Source: an uncultured Bacilli bacterium
GTDB lineage: Bacteria > Bacillota_I > Bacilli_A > RF39 > UBA660
Reading direction: 5' to 3'
DNA length: 41,362 nucleotides
NCBI GenBank assembly: GCA_944358435.1
Contig: CALVRD010000003.1
Span: 1-41,362 of the forward strand
Shown here: positions 38,617-41,362 of the stretch, one piece after another
Layout: the number at the start of each line of letters is the position of its first letter
Position numbering within the stretch: position 1 is the first letter of the stretch
Program-made: the position numbers and the translations under genes
Notes under the pieces: generated by a model
Told to the model about the DNA's origin: nothing
Database searches by the model: none
What the model saw: only the letters and a program-made list of their open reading frames with translations

Positions 38617-39208
38617 ATAAAGTATTAATTATTTCATAAGTATCATAATGAGAACTTAACTCTTTAGTACGTTTATATATCTTAATTGCTTGCTCATCTA
38701 TAGACCAATCACAAGTAGCAGTATCAAGATAAGGAACACCGAAAGAAGTAAGCATAAATGGTGTAAGTGGTATCTTTTTAGTTGTATAAGATACATTAGC
38801 TACTCCTCTCAACCAATTAGGTACTTGTAAATATTCTTGAGTTATAAGATAAACATAACGTTTATGTTTACGAGATTGTTGCAACCAAGAATAAAAAGGT
38901 TTATCAATTTTACTGTCTTTAGTAAATTTTTTTGAAAGCTCATCAACTATAAAAATAGCACCAATTTCATGATTATCATAAATTTCTTCTAATTTAGAAA
39001 AATACCTCACTTTATGTTTGTCACTCCAATAACTCTTGATATTTGTATATATAATTCTATTTTTAAAATTTTGCTCAACATTGTAGATAGCATAGTAAGA
39101 TTTACCAGAGCCTTGATAACCATTTATCAGAGCAATAAGAAAATCATCTTTACTATTTTTTATACCTCTCTTAAAAAATGAAATATAATCAATTGAAATC
39201 TTAAGCAT
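38615..39208 (-). CDS. Zot/pI-like morphogenesis ATPase lacking a TM helix
   Basis: Walker A GYQGSGKS, IYTNI, Walker B IVDE, Q.RK.......TQ, YDT; SD AGAAAGGAG. Confidence 0.9.
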   Translation of the reverse strand: MLKISIDYISFFKRGIKNSKDDFLIALINGYQGSGKSYYAIYNVEQNFKNRIIYTNIKSYWSDKHKVRYFSKLEEIYDNHEIGAIFIVDELSKKFTKDSKIDKPFYSWLQQSRKHKRYVYLITQEYLQVPNWLRGVANVSYTTKKIPLTPFMLTSFGVPYLDTATCDWSIDEQAIKIYKRTKELSSHYDTYEIINTL

Positions 39209-39240
39209 AATATAATATCTCCTTTCTTACGCTTCGCTAT

Positions 39241-39359
39241 ATAGGGGGATACTTTTTATTTTTTTCTTTAAGAAACATATACTAACAAAGTGTATGGTCT
39301 CCACAGACTCATAAGCTCATAGTATAAAAAAACATTGAAAAAAATTAAAGTCCCCCTAT
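39241..39359 (-). other. Long imperfect rod-like hairpin (candidate single-strand origin or packaging signal)
   Basis: Nested pairs ATAGGGGGA/TCCCCCTAT, ATTTTTTTC/GAAAAAAAT, TATACTA/TAGTATA, TATG/CATA, GTCT/AGAC. Confidence 0.65.
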
Positions 39360-39398
39360 TACCCCCAACAAATTTTTAGTAAAGGCAAAGCCTTTGAA

Positions 39399-39707
39399 CT
39401 ACCAGATTTTGACTTTCTTAATAAGATAGATAACCTTTGTGATTAAATGCACCGAATAAATAACAGTATAATAACCTATCAAGATAGCAAAATATAATAG
39501 AATTAACGACCTAGTATTAGGAGGCAGCAAATGACTAAACCAACCTAAAGTAGGACCTAATAATTGCTCACATGCTGAATTAAATACATTTAATATATTA
39601 GATAAATCAGGAAATAAACTAGATACCAGTAAATTAATAGGAGTCATTAAAGTATCTATAACACTCTTTATAACTTTAAATAAAACATTAAATATAGCCT
39701 TTGCCAT
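39399..39707 (-). CDS. pVI-like minor virion membrane protein
   Basis: About 100 aa, amphipathic then TM segment, basic tail, positioned between pIII-like and pI genes. Confidence 0.65.
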   Translation of the reverse strand: MAKAIFNVLFKVIKSVIDTLMTPINLLVSSLFPDLSNILNVFNSACEQLLGPTLGWFSHLLPPNTRSLILLYFAILIGYYTVIYSVHLITKVIYLIKKVKIW

Positions 39708-40834
39708 TAATACAATCCCTCACTTTCTCCCCTATTTACTCTACTATGGCCAGCGTGTTGAGGAGTATATAATAATTGCATTGTATCATCTAAGCTAGTT
39801 ATTGACTCATAAATAGAAATACACATCATGCCTATGTTATAAGCCATAAAGATACAAAATAACATATCTACAAGGCTATAAAGAGTATTTCCTAGATACT
39901 TCTTAATATCAATACAAGAAAATACTAAATCATAACCATATAAATTGCCTAAATTAACAGACTGACATGATGAACTAAAACCATTAACATAAGATTGCAT
40001 AAGAGTTAAAGGCATAGTTATTAAATCAGACACTGGACTATTAGAATCATCAACCTTTATACTATCAAGAAAACCACTTACATCTGGACTACTATCATCA
40101 GTCAATGTAGAATCAATATTATCTAATTTATCATTAGTAATTTGCTGATTATTATTAATAGAATCTAATAAAGCAGAATTTAAATCGGTAATTAATTCAA
40201 CATCAATAGTTAAATTTATAATTTGTGAAACTATATGATCATAGCAAACAGAAATCATAGATCCAGGACGACTATCACAAGAAGCAATATAAGAATTAGC
40301 AGATATACCAGATACACCAATAGCAAATTCAGAAACATCAATTTCAGTATCAAAAGTAACAACACCATTTAAATTAAAAAGACCACCATTAATAGTTTGA
40401 TTACTAACAGAAAAATTTACACTTTGATTAGAAATAGTAGAATTAAAACCAGCTAAATAACCTTTATATTGCGAAATTGGATTACCAATACCAGGAAAAA
40501 AAGTTAAACCATCTACACTATATTGAAAACTAATATTAAATTTCAATGCTTTAGCTTTACCTTTAATAGGAGAACTAACTGTAAATTCAAGAGCTTTATT
40601 ATGAAACTGTTGATAATTATTTACAGAATAAAGACCAAGAGGATATAAAGGTAAATTACCAGGACCAAAAGGAGAATTTAAAACAGATGATGAGCCACTT
40701 TCAAGAGTATAATCATTATAAGCAAAACCATTATGTATATAATTAACTGGCTGAGCATTGGCATTTTTAGGTAAAAAAATTAAAAATAAAAGTGGTATAA
40801 ATAAATAAAATTTAAATTTTAAAATTTTAACCAC
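39707..40834 (-). CDS. pIII-like adsorption protein
   Basis: Signal peptide ending ANA, beta-rich body, D/N-rich linker, Cys pair and C-terminal TM; inovirus gene order. Confidence 0.7.
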   Translation of the reverse strand: MVKILKFKFYLFIPLLFLIFLPKNANAQPVNYIHNGFAYNDYTLESGSSSVLNSPFGPGNLPLYPLGLYSVNNYQQFHNKALEFTVSSPIKGKAKALKFNISFQYSVDGLTFFPGIGNPISQYKGYLAGFNSTISNQSVNFSVSNQTINGGLFNLNGVVTFDTEIDVSEFAIGVSGISANSYIASCDSRPGSMISVCYDHIVSQIINLTIDVELITDLNSALLDSINNNQQITNDKLDNIDSTLTDDSSPDVSGFLDSIKVDDSNSPVSDLITMPLTLMQSYVNGFSSSCQSVNLGNLYGYDLVFSCIDIKKYLGNTLYSLVDMLFCIFMAYNIGMMCISIYESITSLDDTMQLLYTPQHAGHSRVNRGESEGLY

Positions 40835-41145
40835 CTCCCAAAAACTCTAGAAATTATTCTATAAGGAAAATAAAAACAAAAAATTAAAATAATAATAAAA
40901 ATAATTAAAATTTTATCGAAATCATACCTATAGTAAACTGAATCAGTATAAGTATTAATATTATCGCACTGTGTATTATAAGAATAACTAGAATTACTTC
41001 TCTTTACATAATAATTATTTTTAAAATAAATATCATAAACTACATTATTTGAATTATTAGTAGTTTCAAATACACGAATATAGTCATTATTTACGACATA
41101 ACAAGGCTTATTAAGATACTGACTAGGCAAATATATCTTACTCAT
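40819..41145 (-). CDS. Phage membrane protein (108 aa, C-terminal TM)
   Basis: SD GGGGTGA before ATG 41145; ILIIFIIILIFCFYF TM with basic tail. Confidence 0.7.
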   Translation of the reverse strand: MSKIYLPSQYLNKPCYVVNNDYIRVFETTNNSNNVVYDIYFKNNYYVKRSNSSYSYNTQCDNINTYTDSVYYRYDFDKILIIFIIILIFCFYFPYRIISRVFGRWLKF

Positions 41146-41242
41146 AGATATCACCCCACAAATCAGTATCTAAAAGCGAAATAAGATATAAATATTTCTT
41201 TTTTAAATCGTAATATTTTAACTTCCAAAATAAATTAAACAT
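41138..41242 (-). CDS. Small phage ORF (34 aa)
   Basis: SD GGGGGT; MFNLFWKLKYYDLKKKYLYLISLLDTDLWGDIYE*; stop overlaps the next start. Confidence 0.5.
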   Translation of the reverse strand: MFNLFWKLKYYDLKKKYLYLISLLDTDLWGDIYE

Positions 41243-41244
41243 TA

Positions 41245-41358
41245 TTAATTACCCCCAAACAATAAATGATGAATTAAATTCATAATTAAAACAAAAGGAA
41301 TTAAAAAAGGTAAAAAATTAATAAATTGAACAAGAAATTGTTCAACAACTTCAAACAT
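41245..41358 (-). CDS. Small hydrophobic phage ORF (37 aa, pVII/pIX-like)
   Basis: MFEVVEQFLVQFINFLPFLIPFVLIMNLIHHLLFGGN*; SD lies outside the window. Confidence 0.55.
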   Translation of the reverse strand: MFEVVEQFLVQFINFLPFLIPFVLIMNLIHHLLFGGN

Positions 41359-41362
41359 AAAT

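Larger units (their letters stand above)
37680..41362 (-). mobile_element. Filamentous (inovirus-like) prophage, running off the window edge
   Basis: Co-oriented HUH Rep, Zot/pI ATPase, pVI-like, pIII-like and small TM ORFs; origin-like hairpins; bounded by dif; no integrase in view. Confidence 0.88.

Noticed and set aside
25387-38628. Short overlapping ORFs at 25387, 28369, 28964, 34608, 36885 and 38380
   Set aside because: They overlap strong genes or origin hairpins in another frame or strand and show no independent evidence
38615-39208. Zot as an enterotoxin
   Set aside because: Only the morphogenesis ATPase domain is present; the C-terminal toxin region of Vibrio Zot is absent
39209-39398. 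Frameshift-linked TM exon for pI
   Set aside because: Only 8-14 codon ORFs with no TM character; pI has its own SD
37710-41362. Second inverted dif-like arm forming a CTXphi-type folded attP
   Set aside because: Only short ACTTCC matches (about 38039, 38291, 41221) without the rest of the arm; a partner may lie beyond the window

Overview
Very AT-rich chromosomal DNA from a low-GC Firmicute (Bacilli-like; standard genetic code; taxonomy inferred from gene content). From left to right: a complete Wzx/Wzy capsule or EPS locus (cpsCDB-type regulators, priming transferase, fused double GT4, Wzy, two GT2, pyruvyl transferase, flippase, acyltransferase, LCP); a divergent GT51-like membrane gene bracketed by a duplicated LCP 3' end; a dinD pseudogene; a sporulation cluster (spoIVB, spoIIGA, sigE); tdk; an island with an orphan ORF and three paralogous proteins built from 3, 2 and 4 helicase-associated (HA)-like repeats plus HTH-like motifs and a shared unknown C-terminal domain; yigZ; an AI-2E transporter; an Ala T-box heading kinase-kinase-alaS-holA; rarA; xerD-deoB; and a DUF1540 gene. 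The right end is a filamentous (inovirus-like) prophage on the minus strand (HUH Rep, Zot/pI, pVI- and pIII-like and small membrane ORFs) whose left boundary is a 28-bp Firmicute-type dif site lying inside the 3' end of rep. The strongest leads are the dif-integrated filamentous phage, the HA-repeat protein trio and the atypical T-box. All calls come from motif reading by eye, with no database searches.
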